Below are positions 45,129 to 57,404 of a stretch of DNA of 64,000 nt, piece after piece. The DNA comes from Octopus bimaculoides (lineage: Eukaryota): positions 159,063,862 through 159,127,861 of the forward strand of contig NC_068983.1 of assembly GCF_001194135.2 (NCBI RefSeq). Direction: 5' to 3'. Position numbers and translations under genes: made by a program. Numbering within the stretch: position 1 is the stretch's first letter; the number at the start of each line of letters is the position of its first letter. Below the pieces are notes generated by a model that saw only the letters and a list, made by a program, of their open reading frames with translations, ran no database searches and was not told the DNA's origin.

Positions 45129-46250
45129 AACTAGCTGAGGTACCCGGTAATAAATTACCGTTAATAAGATGTCTGTTTATAGCCACGAAACATTTTTCGT
45201 CAAATTTTGCCATTTTCCAAAAATTTAAAATCTATAATAATGGATAGGACCAATTTGACGAAAAAATGAGTTGAGTCTGGTAGCGAACCCATGTCGCCGT
45301 CATTTTTGTACATGTACGAAATTTTACGCTTTTGGGGGCAGATTTCGTGAAATTGATGTTACGACGACTAGTGTGCAAAATGCCTAAATTTTGCTTGAGA
45401 AATAAAATGCTCTTACCCATTCAAAACCTGAAACGCTGGGGAATTAAAATAACGAATTGAAATAATAAGTTTTAGTAAATCAAAATGCTTTACGTGTTTT
45501 TGCACAATAGACACTCACAACGCCCGGTCTGGGAATCGAAACCGCAATCTATGACCACGAGCCCGCTGCCCTAACGACTGGGCTATTGCGTCTCCAAATG
45601 CTAAATAAATTACCGTTAATAAGATGATTGTTGATAACCATAAAACATTTTTCGTTAAATATCGGCATTTTTCAAAAACTTAAAATCTATATTAATTGAT
45701 TAAAAATTGAGCAGAGTCTGGTAGCGAACTCGTGTCGTCGTCATTTTTGTGCATGTGCGCAAAATGGCGAAATTTTGCGCTTTGGGATAGATCTCGTCAA
45801 ATTGATGTCACGACGGAGAGTGCACAAAATGCCTTAATTTTGCTTGAGAAATAAAATGCTCTTACCTAATCAAATCCTGAAACGCTGTGGAATTAAAACA
45901 ACGAATTGAAATAAGTTTAAGCAAGTCAAAACAATTCGCATTGAAATGAAGAATTACCGTTAAACTGTCTGTTTATACACATGAAACATTTTTCGTCAAA
46001 TTTCGGCATTTTCCGTCAAATTGATGTCACGATGGCAAATGCAAAAATGCCAAAATTCTACGATTTTTGAAAAATCGATACTGAATAAAAATGGATGTTT
46101 TTACAAATTCCAAGTGCGTAAGTGACCGCATGGGCATAACCCTGCCCCCCACCCCACGTTTCAAGTTTCATGAAGGTCTGTTGGATAGTCTCGGAGGAGC
46201 TAAAGTAACAAATTCACAAACACACAAACTTGCCGTTTATTATTAGAGAT
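45129..46250 (+). mobile_element. Helentron/DINE-1-like non-autonomous element with internal ~350-400-bp tandem units
   Basis: Starts actagctgaggtacccgg, hairpin CGGTAAT-aa-ATTACCG 45145-45160, ends acaaacttgccgtttattattagagat; units at ~45150, ~45605 and a partial one at ~45950. Confidence 0.7.
45485..45597 (-). mobile_element. tRNA-derived SINE head inserted in the Helentron-like element
   Basis: Reverse complement has an A box (tagcccagtcgttagg) and B box (ggtttcgattccc); possible aaatgct TSD. Confidence 0.7.
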
Positions 46251-46455
46251 TATACATATATAAACATACACATACGCACGCACAACATACATACATACAT
46301 ACATACACACATACATAGAACACGCACACATACACATTTGGAAAAAAAAAAGAGCGAGGGAGAGAAAGAGAGAGCGAGTGAGTTAAATAACAGGTATGTA
46401 TAAATATTTAAGTATAACTTACAAATATTTCAAATGACTCTGTGAGACTTTGAAA

Positions 46456-46508
46456 CCCTAAGCTAACCCTAACCCTAACCCTAACCCTAACCCTAACCCT
46501 AACCCTAA
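46456..46508 (-). repeat. Interstitial telomeric repeat (TTAGGG)n
   Basis: 7 perfect CCCTAA units at 46467-46508 plus one upstream at 46456-46461. Confidence 0.9.
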
Positions 46509-46527
46509 GCTGCTGTTATCTCTTGCG

Positions 46528-46623
46528 CATAATCTTGGGATTGATATGAGCAACGAAGCCTCGTTTCACATGGATGTCACGAAGATGGTGACAGTGTGCA
46601 GGCGAATGGCCGGATGGATTCTG
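46528..46623 (+). mobile_element. CR1/L2-group LINE RT C-terminal fragment, inverted relative to its neighbour
   Basis: HNLGIDMSNEASFHMDVTKMVTVCRRMAGWIL resembles the DLG..MS.D.SF..H....R.MAGWIL segment after the RT core. Confidence 0.65.
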
Positions 46624-46624
46624 C

Positions 46625-47250
46625 ATAGCTAGCAAGGCTGGCTATCTGAGCAGCTGAGGGAATGTCTGAAGGCGCCACTATGAATAGATAGTAGTGACCT
46701 TAGGACAGTGCCCTGTGGAACACCACTTGCGATTTGTGTTTCCTTGGAGGTGGCTCCGCTGGTCACCGCTGCCTGACAACTATCATTTACAAAGTCGTGC
46801 AGCCGCTCTCCAAATTTTCCGCCTATGCCGAGATCACGCAGTTTGTGACATATCATACTATGATCGACTTTATCAAAGGCTTTTGCAAAGTCGAGATACT
46901 TGAATCATTTAGCAGCTGCTTTAACACCCAGTCGTAGTGTTGCAAGAGCTATGTTAGACAGCTTCTACCTGGTCGAAATCCATGCTGGGTGTCAGTCAGC
47001 AAGTCATTTTCTTCAAGGAAGACGATTAGGTTTTTGCGAAACTATCCGTTCCATGACTTTGCAGATGTGTGACGTCAGAGAGATAGGCCTATAATTTTTA
47101 GCATCTGCTCTGCTTTCTCCCTTATGGACAGGGCATATTATCCCTTTCTCGAGTTTGTCTGGGAGCTTGTCACTTGCAAGGAAGCTCTGGAAACCCCCCA
47201 GGGCCAGCAGCTGAGTTTGTGTCAACCTCATCTGTGACCAGGGTTACATC
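46625..47250 (-). mobile_element. CR1/L2-group LINE RT pseudogene fragment
   Basis: SAAGPGGFP...KGIICPVHKGESRADAKNYRPISLTSHICKVMERIV...QHGFRPGRSCLT...SGVPQGTVL; frameshifted. Confidence 0.9.
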
Positions 47251-47280
47251 TTCAAAGTTGATGTATATATGAAGTGTGTG

Positions 47281-47313
<33 letters not shown>

Positions 47314-47340
47314 GTGTGTGTATATATATATATGTAAATT

Positions 47341-47383
<43 letters not shown>

Positions 47384-47536
47384 GCGCATATATATTCTCT
47401 CTGTTTATTTCCTCGTGTTTCTTTCTGTTGAAGAGCGTAGGCTCGAAATGTAAAAGACTTTCTCACCTTCCCAGCTTGTTTATATATCTCTCTTCGTCTT
47501 TTGTTTTTCTGTAAATTTCAACTCCCTCTCCATAAT

Positions 47537-47573
<37 letters not shown>

Positions 47574-47618
47574 TACATACATACATACATACATACATAC
47601 ATGTATATATATATATAT

Positions 47619-47708
<90 letters not shown>

Positions 47709-47795
47709 TGTATAGTCACACTTATGTGTGCGTATATGTACCCTTGTTCATATGCAATATATTAGTAGATAGTAATGTATATATATATATATATA

Positions 47796-48021
47796 CAGGG
47801 TGCAGCAGAAAGGTTGTTCCGATTTCAAAGGTTAATAGAAAACAAGAAATAGAAAACATGCATGAAGTTGCATGAAAAACATTGTATTTCTATGAAGTTC
47901 CTTAAATGCCAGGTAGTACCCGCCATGGCCTGGAGTGGAGGGTATCATTTTTTTCTTGTATCGTCATGTGTTTGTCTTTTATTAACCTTTGAGATCAGGG
48001 CAACCTTTCTGCCACTCCCTG
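47796..48021. mobile_element. Tc1/mariner-type MITE
   Basis: TA TSD on both sides; ~42-bp imperfect TIRs CAGGGTGCAGCAGAAAGGTTGTTCCGATTTCAAAGGTTAATA / reverse complement CAGGGAGTGGCAGAAAGGTTGCCCTGATCTCAAAGGTTAATA. Confidence 0.88.
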
Positions 48022-48517
48022 TATGAATATGTGTGTGTGTATGTGTGTTTGTATGTGTGTGTGTTAGTGTGTGTGTGTGTAAGTTCGTGTCTAAGTGTCA
48101 GATTTAAAAATAAGTCTGGAGTGGATTTGTTTGATTCACCCGACAAGGTGGTGTTCGACCATGGCTGTAGTCCAATGATTGAAACAAATAAAAAGTAACA
48201 CACACACACACACNNNNNNNNNNNNNNNNNNNNNNNNNNNNNNNNNNNNNNNNNNNNNNNNNNNNNNNNNNNNNNNNNNNNNNNNNNNNNNNNNNNNNNN
48301 NNNNNNNNNNNNNNNNNNNNNNNNNNNNNNNNNNNNNNNNNNNNNNNNNNNNNNNNNNNNNNNNNNNNNNNNNNNNNNNNNNNNNNNNNNNNNNNNNNNN
48401 NNNNNNNNNNNNNNNNNNNNNNNNNNNNNNNNNNNNNNNNNNNNNNNNNNNNNNNNNNNNNNNNNNNNNNNNNNNNNNNNNNNNNNNNNNNNNNNNNNNN
48501 NNNNNNNNNNNNNNNNN

Positions 48518-48548
<31 letters not shown>

Positions 48549-48737
48549 GTTATGTGTGCGCGTCTATTCGTGCCTGTTTGTCCCTCCCCACCATCGCTTG
48601 ATAACTGTTGTTGGTGTGCATAGAAGAAGTACTAGCTTTACAAAGAATAAGTCCTGGGGACGATTTCTTCGGCTAAAAAATCCCTTGAGGCGGTGCGCCA
48701 CCACGACCGCAGTCCAATGACGGAAGCATGTAAAAGA

Positions 48738-48768
<31 letters not shown>

Positions 48769-50100
48769 TATATATATACACACGTGCGTTCAAGATAATC
48801 TTAGTGATAGACATAACCAATCGCCCGGCTGAACATTATCACTTGGCAACTTGTTTGCTTTTAGTGAAGTATACTCTTATGCAGGTAGGTATTCAGGCCA
48901 AATTTCAGGTTCGAGGAAACCTCCCTCCAACCAATCTCAGACGCCTTGTGACGTGAATTGGGCACTGTCTTCATTCCTGACAAAAAAAGATTTTCAAAAT
49001 CATTTTACCCGACATACTGAGACTTATTAATGTTAATAAATGTTGTTTTATCCCTTTCACAGGCACACTTATAATTATCTATAGACGGTGTTTAATGCAA
49101 TAGCAATTAATTAATTGAATCTAGCTTAGCTACCAGCAATTCATTGAATTATACCAATTAGTCCAAGTGTTTTAACAAATTGACTGCATTTAGTGGTTAT
49201 AAATAGCCATAAGCAATGCATCTCTATTTGAACGGACGACGTGGATAAGTAGCTTCAAGATGAACCCAATTTGATTCGAAGTCAAATCACTCACCCCACA
49301 TCGCCACTTTGTTTCCGCCTGCAGAAAAGTTAAGAGCAGTTTACGTTACATAATTATCCATTAATGCTATTTAATGTTCTTGCTTTTCTTCTCTCCCTTC
49401 TCTCTCGCGCACACAGAAAGTGCACTGAGTGTTTGCGAACACTTTAGCGCAAGCATAGGCAATAGCTTTCGAGAAGCAGGCTGCATAGACCTTGGTTCAT
49501 TATCAGGCGTGCCGCAGTATTAAAAAATTTCAAGGTAATTTTTCTTTACACGTGCCATTCAGAAAGTCTCGCTGGCCACATTTCCTTATCACTGCTTTAG
49601 CAGGCCATAAAGACGACCTAACATAATGTTAGGCAGCATATGCCAAATTTTAACCCTTACATTGCCCTTTTAGAAGTATCAACACTATCAACAGCATCAA
49701 CAGAGCATATTCCAATTTGACACAGAACGTGACAAAGCGTGCCTTACTCGTGCTTGTAGCTGTCAACAATAGCGAATCGGGGATCAGTAGCATCTTGAAA
49801 GTAATTGAATCGCTAGTAATTAGAGTTGGGAAAGGATTAGAGGTCTCTAAAAAAGATACGTGTCATCTGTGGACAAGAGAAAGAGCTACAAATGAATGTC
49901 ATCCGGACGGTCGGGTTCGTCCAACAGGTTCGAGGCTCAAATCAAGAGCCTCAGAGAATCAATGAGGACTACGTACGTCCGTCCGTATGCATGCGTGCAT
50001 GTATGTATGTATGTATGTATGTACACATGCGTATTTGTACATATATTCATATGAACATATGCATATATATCGCAGCCACTTGGCTGAAACACATAAATAA

Positions 50101-50106
<6 letters not shown>

Positions 50107-50173
<67 letters not shown>

Positions 50174-50257
50174 CATACATACACACATACATATATGTAT
50201 GCGCATGCGTACATGTATACATATATGTATGTATATATGTATGTATATATGTATGCT

Positions 50258-50296
<39 letters not shown>

Positions 50297-50300
50297 ATAG
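50107..50300. repeat. Compound (TA)n/(TACA)n/(TG)n microsatellite (one of many)
   Basis: Directly visible. Similar tracts at 13768-13801 (CA), 23838-23900, 25243-25295, 27179-27215 (ATT), 33533-33572, 38182-38230 (GA), 47270-47390, 47540-47700, 55600-55720, 58345-58445, 59620-59672, 61735-61825, 62655-62715. Confidence 0.95.
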
Positions 50301-50989
50301 TTAATATTCATTTAAAAGAAAAGAAAAGAAAATGGAGATTAGGAAGTTAATAATTGTTTATTATTCACTGCAAATTGGTCATCTTCACTAACAGCCGTTT
50401 CAATTAATACTTAATAAACATTAAATTTACATTTATGTGACATGAGCACAATATCATTAGAGGAAAATGATGTACATTTGGATGTTATATGTGTGCTTAT
50501 GAATTTATTTCAGCAGACTGCTAAAATATACACACAAACACACACTCACACGATATTCATCACACTCTGATGAAGCTCCATTTTCAGATCGGTTTTATTA
50601 CCAAATATGATAAATATTTTCAGCATATCAATGACAATACCATTCAACATTGGAAGCCGAAACAGCTGTTAAATGGGATGCAGTCTATTTGTATTGAATT
50701 AAAAAATAATAATTGATGCAAGTCAATTGTTGTTCACCGATATTTCTCCATACATATATATGAATATCCATGTGTATATTCATTTATATGAATACACACA
50801 CATATACATACACATACACACACACATATATACACACACACATAAAAATACCATTCTATTAATGGAATACTGATGACCTCTGTTATTTTCCTATACTAAA
50901 TAAAACATTACAAGAACTTCATCATTTCCAATCGAACCACATCATTTCCAATCGAGGATACCTACCGAAGCTAATCCTAAATCTAAACT

Positions 50990-51445
50990 AACTTTCACAA
51001 GAACAGACGGCAAGCACATTACGAAAGTGTATGCTGTGATCCATGAAATTTGTTGCCTGACTATTGTGTAACTTCTGAAGAAATAGGGGTGTGTAAAAGT
51101 TGCCTGCCACTCGAATTTAAAAAAAAAATTTGAGAATGTATCGTGGGATCGTAAAATGTATCGTACGTTTTCTATAAATTTTATGGTACGTTTTCTGTAA
51201 AATTTATGCTACGTTTTCGGAGAAAGAAAAAAAAAAAAAAAAAAAAAAAAAAAACCCGATTCACAATCAGTTAGAAGCTATTTGATCATTCGAATACTGG
51301 TGAAACTTTCATCGTGTCGATCATCATTTTTGACTGAAAGGGCGTCGTTAATCACAAATTTCTTCTATGTAGCCAGACGATCAACAAAAACTTTTATTTG
51401 AATGTCTCGAGACGTTTGAGAGAAGCATTACGAAAGAAGATCTGA
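50990..51445 (+). pseudogene. mariner transposase remnant
   Basis: IIFD*KGVVNHKFLLCSQTINKNFYLNVSRRLREALRKK (51308-51445) and an upstream SRTDGKHITKV..VIHE.CCLTI HTH-region match. Confidence 0.75.
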
Positions 51446-51737
51446 GGCATAAATAAAACAGACTATTATGCATCAACACACCTACTCACTAGCCGCTTCT
51501 TATCCGTACCTTTTGACAAAGCACTAGACGACTGTCGCTTCTCAGTCGCCCAAGTTGCTGAACATTATTCTTTGACAGCACCGGTGAACCCGAACAAATC
51601 GTTCAAATAACAACTCTCGTTCGCTAAAGTAAAACTGCTTCAAGAGATTGATTTATAAATACCAATGTTTACTTCATTCAACTTAAATATAGTTACTTCG
51701 TCTAACATAAGATCACATATTTACAGAAGAAACAATC

Positions 51738-51964
51738 GAGCTGGCAGAATCATTAGCACGCCGGGCGAAATGCTTAGCGGTATTTCGTCTGTCGCTACGT
51801 TCTGAGTTCAAATTCCGCCGAGGTCGACTTTGCCTTTCATCCTTTCGGGGTTGATAAATTAAGTACCAGTTACGCACTGGGGTAGATGTAATCGACTTAA
51901 TCACTTTGTCTGTCCTTGTTTGTCCCCTCTATGTTTAGCCCCTTGTGGGCAATAAAGAAATAAG
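51738..51964 (+). mobile_element. tRNA-derived SINE, full length
   Basis: A box tggcagaatcattagc, B box gagttcaaattcc, core gcctttcatcctttcggggttgataaattaagtaccag (recalled as Meta-domain-like), A-rich tail; second copy at 10744-10971 and a degenerate one at ~42240-42360. Confidence 0.9.
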
Positions 51965-53836
51965 AATACCTTAAAGGTATGATTTAATGGTTTTGAAATA
52001 TAAGCGAAGTGAAGTGGCTGTAACCACGATTTGAAAGCGCTTCCGAAACTAACTTTACCCAGTGTTTAACTCTTTCGTTACAAGGCCCATATCATAATTT
52101 GATATAACTTTTATTTAATTTTGTAGTGATTTGATAGGTTTAATGAAAGGATTTTTTTGAAATTGAATTTTATCAGTCTTGATAATTTTGTAGTTCATGG
52201 GTGAATGTGGAGGTGTAGCTCAAAAATTTCCCAAATGTTATCTTTTGAAAGCAAACCAAGAAATTATTTGATGCTTTTGGTGGATATGTTGCAGAAGTAC
52301 AAATACATTGCTATGAATACTTGTTAAATCGGGTTAAATCAGTGTTAGCAAATTAACATTAAAAATAAAACAACAAAAAAACCCCCTCAGTTTTTAATAT
52401 AAGAAAGAAAAAAACAAAAACTTTATTGGAATTTTCAAGAAATACAAATCAAATCCCTTTTCAAAGCTTACAATATTTTTAAATTGTAAGAACGCCAGAA
52501 CTTGTCATCATGGCAACATAATGTTTTGTCAGTTGAGAATAGAAAACATCTGGATTCGGCAAAGAAATTTGTACTTCTAAACCTGCTTTCTCTAAAATAT
52601 CTCATGAGAGTTGTTTTCGCAGTCCCTCCATTTTAACTCGTTGAAAATTTTCAATTTCAAATACCGCTTTATGGAACAGATGGTGCTCGTGGAAAAAATA
52701 AGTGGAACTATTGTGAAAATATGATACAGATGTAAAAATGCAGTTTTGTCAGATCTACTTATTAATTCTCAGATATGTGTAGACACGGCTCTCATATATA
52801 TATATATAGACACATCTTCGTTTTCATATACGCACACAAGCCGTCGCACACGCATATAGATAATAATAATAATGATATAAATGCATACGTACAAACATAC
52901 ATACATGCATGTAAACATACATACCTATTTATACACACCCACATCCACACACACAAACGCACATTGAGAAATATTTTTGTAATAGAAACTAATTTAGAAT
53001 CCAGAATCTATTGATATTTCTAAAAGTTTTCACATAACAAAGTATGACAATTTTGATATCTTTATAAGCTCGACATACACTCTGTGGTGGGTGGACAGGT
53101 GGACGGTGGGGTACCACCCCGTCATTCAATCTACTGAACTACTAGTTCCTGAATCAACGTGTAAGTGGCCGAGTATTCCACAGACACGTGTACTCTTAAC
53201 GTATTTCTCTGGCTGAATCAGCGTAACGCAGTGTATGGCAAAGCTGTACTTTTGAATTACGGGTAGAACGCACCCAACAGGCTTCTGTGCAGTTTTTGAT
53301 TACACTGTTTCACTCACACAGTGAGGGTCGGTCCGAGGTTACAGAAAACGACATTTGTGCAAGATGTCACGCAACAGGATCGAACCCATTTAGCCATAAC
53401 ACACCTAGATATATGTTCTGTATTCATTATATCAATCATGAAAAAAACCCCCAAAAAACCTCCATACCATTTGAAGGCAATATTTTTGTGTTTTAACACT
53501 CGGGGAAGTAACTCTCTGTGAATCATTGCGATAGCGTTTGACGCTTCACCGCTGCCGTGACAAATCAACGTTATTTCTTCTGTAAGTTTATGTTTGAAAG
53601 CTGAGTCAACGGAGAGTAGTTACAACTAGATGAAATCTTCAGGCGGTTTAAATGCACAAACCTCTGATATCCAAGTGACTAAAAAGTGACAGCAGAAAGG
53701 CACCCAAGTATCGTGACCTTGATACGGTCCGGCTCCATTAGAGTGGAAGAAGTTAAGGACCGAAACACTTGTCTGGGTGGGGTTTCTTTTCTGAAGATCT
53801 GCTGTTTAGTTTCCTTATGAGTTTCTTACCACATAA

Positions 53837-53930
53837 TATTGGTATACATTTGTCTATTGGTATACATTAGTCTATTGGTATACATTTGTCTATTGGTATA
53901 CATTAGTCTACAGCTAATGTATACCAATAG
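53837..53930. repeat. 18-bp tandem repeat x4 followed by an inverted copy (17-bp stem hairpin)
   Basis: TATTGGTATACATT(T/A)GTC x4 alternating T/A; CTATTGGTATACATTAG 53890-53906 pairs perfectly with 53914-53930. Confidence 0.9.
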
Positions 53931-54759
53931 AACACCATTCTATATGTGCAGAATATAATTCTACATTGGCAAGCAGTGTTTGGTATGTCGAGTATTTTTA
54001 TTTTTTAAATTAACTTTCGCCAGTAATTTCTTAATTAGCTAATTTGAAATGTGATCATGACTGGGCATACTTAAAATTTATCCATTAGCCACGATGATGA
54101 TCGCTAAATGACGGGATCGATCAGGTTTCTGAGCAAGACAGATTAAATGAAAAATGTAACATACAAGTGCCTTATCGATGTAAGAAAGTGACAATAACTT
54201 TTCCTTCTCTCGCAAATATCGATACAAAGAACAGAAAAATTAGAAAAAGGTTATAAATGGTGACTATAAAAGGTGCTGGAATTGGCAAAGATGTAAATCA
54301 AAGCAAATATGGTTAAACCAGAGCTAAGAGGTCTTATTTTTTATTTATTTGTTGTTATAGTAAGGAATGACCTGTTAGGGCTCATAAAATAGATGTTGCT
54401 TTCAAGAGGAGAGTGTGAGGAATAAAATGCTTATGCAATAGAATGCTATGACTGAAGTTTATAGTGTACATTTAATTATATCAATTAGACATAACAAAGC
54501 AATGTTAATGGTTAATTACATAATATATTGAGTAGTAATCAATTATAGGCTCCAGCCTTTAGATTACGTATGCTGGAAAAAATGTCTGAGATATCAATAA
54601 AGATTTATCAATGAGTTGAGTAAGACAACTTTTTGGGAAAAGAAAAGTGATAAAAAGGTTAGAAAACATTAAATATCTGAAAGAGGAAATAATTAACAGT
54701 AAATGTAATTCCGTCTTCATATTATTATTTCATGTTACCATTCTACAGAATAAAAGTGG

Positions 54760-55220
54760 CGGGCAAGAGCGACGGCGTTCTCGGGGAAACTGGGCGTCAA
54801 CGAGAATCAGCTGGCAAATCTGTTCTGGAAGATTAACTCCTCGGAGACTATGGATAATTTTCAGAAATCCTGACCTGGCGGCGCTACCGGGGATGGGCAT
54901 TGTTGGTTCAAGGGAAACTCTACAGACACAGAAGTGCTGTCAGCTGAGCTTGCATGAGATTTTTTTACTGAAAGGCGCCGAAACCGTTCTGCTCGTACTA
55001 GTTAAGTACTCGTGTATAGTTGACTTGTAGAGTTTTATCAAACAGTCAAAGTTACATATAAGACGGACCCAGCTATCGGCTGAGCTCGTCACGAAGATTG
55101 CATCCTCATTTAGCTGGGAAAGGCAGGTAATTTCATTCTCTCTAATGGCTATACCAAAGAGATTGTAAATTAAACAAGGCAGAAAAGACTGAAAACAGAC
55201 ACTTTCTTCTCCGGCCATAC
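54760..55220 (-). mobile_element. Highly degenerate LINE post-RT fragment
   Basis: FGIAIREN...LICNFDCLIKLYKSTIHEYLTS resembles LG...S.D....R.F..L...LYKS.VR..LEY. Confidence 0.45.
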
Positions 55221-55629
55221 CCTCATCAACTTATTCAGCTTTCAGTTGGAGAGTGAGGAAGATTTGTTGAAAGGTAGGTAAAAGTGGTGAAGATAACCCG
55301 AATGATTGGTCTACTCTCAGCATGCGCTTGTAGAGAATGAGAGCTAAAAGAGGACACTTGCTCTTAGTGGTCAGTGTAACCCTGGTTCTATTTCTGGAAT
55401 TCCTCGACTGACACTAGATGGCTGTCTCTCTTATTGGAGATATTTCGTTGTATTTATTTTATTGTATTTATTTTATTGTTACTATCTATTACCATTATAC
55501 GTAACAATCTCACTACTGCGTTATACTTTGTTTTTTCTTTTCTTTCGTCCCCAAATCTTTGGGCCTTTGACGCTAATAAAGAAACGATTACTATTATTGT
55601 TGTTGTTATTATCATCATTATTGTCATCA

Positions 55630-55693
<64 letters not shown>

Positions 55694-56812
55694 CATCATC
55701 ATAGTTATTATTATTATCATCAACTATAACACAAGAATTTCTAGTTATTTGGATCCCATCCCAAAGCTAACTTGTGAAAATATTTTGGGAGAAAAAAGCT
55801 GCCCTGTATACTCAAATACACGATGTATTTATTGACTGACTTCGAATTAAACAGATGAGTCGAATAGAAACAATGGTATAACATGAAATATGAATAAGTG
55901 AAATATGTGATATAAAAATATACGACAGATGTTTTCACTAGTGAGATTTCAATGCATAACTAAAATAATCAAAATGCATGTTGTATTTGATTTTATGTAA
56001 ATTATTAATCTTCATTATTTCTAACATAAAATCTACATCCATGTTGTTTTCACCAAATCTTTTTGGAGCATCTTTTATATTTCTCCTCACTTATGGCTAT
56101 CTAATACCGATCTCATCATGTCCACATCTATTGTTTATTAATCATTACGCCCAAATCATTCCGCCTTTAGCAACTCTATATTCTACTTCCATAATTAGCT
56201 GTCGTTTTTGCAGTTTGCCATGCGTTTTTCATGATTCTTCACAAAGTTTTCAAATTGATGCTTCCAGTCAACAATATATTTCTGGCTATATTCAGCAAAC
56301 TGCACTTTCCATTGTTTTTCAGCTTCACTTATGTCCACTGTGAAGGAAGAAAAGAAAAATGAGAAAATTTATGACAGAAATGTAATATTGTAAAAAAAAA
56401 ACAAAAAAAAAAAAANNNNNNNNNNNNNNNNNNNNNNNNNNNNNNNNNNNNNNNNNNNNNNNNNNNNNNNNNNNNNNNNNNNNNNNNNNNNNNNNNNNNN
56501 NNNNNNNNNNNNNNNNNNNNNNNNNNNNNNNNNNNNNNNNNNNNNNNNNNNNNNNNNNNNNNNNNNNNNNNNNNNNNNNNNNNNNNNNNNNNNNNNNNNN
56601 NNNNNNNNNNNNNNNNNNNNNNNNNNNNNNNNNNNNNNNNNNNNNNNNNNNNNNNNNNNNNNNNNNNNNNNNNNNNNNNNNNNNNNNNNNNNNNNNNNNN
56701 NNNNNNNNNNNNNNNNNNNNNNNNNNNNNNNNNNNNNNNNNNNNNNNNNNNNNNNNNNNNNNNNNNNNNNNNNNNNNNNNNNNNNNNNNNNNNNNNNNNN
56801 NNNNNNNNNNNN

Positions 56813-57362
56813 TATGAAAACCACTACTTTCAAAAACAAACGTTGCAAAGCGTTTAGAGTGAAGTAAAAACTACAGAATTGGTCCCTAGAGCAGTGGAAG
56901 AATATTATTTTCTCGGACGAGTCATTCTTTACTTTATTTCCCACCACCGGCCAATTATACGTGTGGATACAGCCAAAAGAAGCATTTGATCCAGACTGCC
57001 TTCTTCCAACTGTTAAACATGGAGGAGGATTTCTGATTATCTGGAGGGCTATATCTTGGAAATCCGCCGGCCGAATGGTTTCTTTTCATGGCAGAATTAA
57101 TAGTCAAGAATATTTAAGCATTTTATCTGATCAAATTCATTCTATGGTTGCGGAACTGTTTCCGGAGGGTAACGTAATCTTTCAGGATGATAATGCACCA
57201 ATTCACACAGCTAAAGTTGTTACTGAATAGCATGAGGAGCATTCTAGTGAAGTTGAACATCTTATCTGGCCACCACAGTCCCTAGATATCAATATTATCG
57301 AACATCTATGGTGCATTTTAGAAAAAATAAATAAGGAGTCGATATCCTCCACCATCATCACT
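56813..57362 (+). pseudogene. Tc1-family transposase pseudogene with DD36E spacing
   Basis: KPLLSKTNVAKRLE*...WKNIIFSDES...TVKHGGG...FQDDNAPIH...WPPQSLDINIIEHLW; D at 56916, D at 57189, E at 57300; in-frame stops; 5' part lost in the N gap. Confidence 0.92.
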
Positions 57363-57404
57363 GCAAACTTTTTTGTACTTTCTAATTTATCCTATTGTCG
57401 TTTC

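Noticed and set aside
10696-51904. Twin ORFs containing IKSITSTPVRNWYLIY.PRKDERQS.PRRNLNSER (10696+, 51713-)
   Set aside because: Antisense translation of the same tRNA-derived SINE.
53837-53930. CRISPR-like or prokaryotic iteron interpretation of the regular repeats
   Set aside because: No unique spacers, no cas or rep genes, and the context is eukaryotic.
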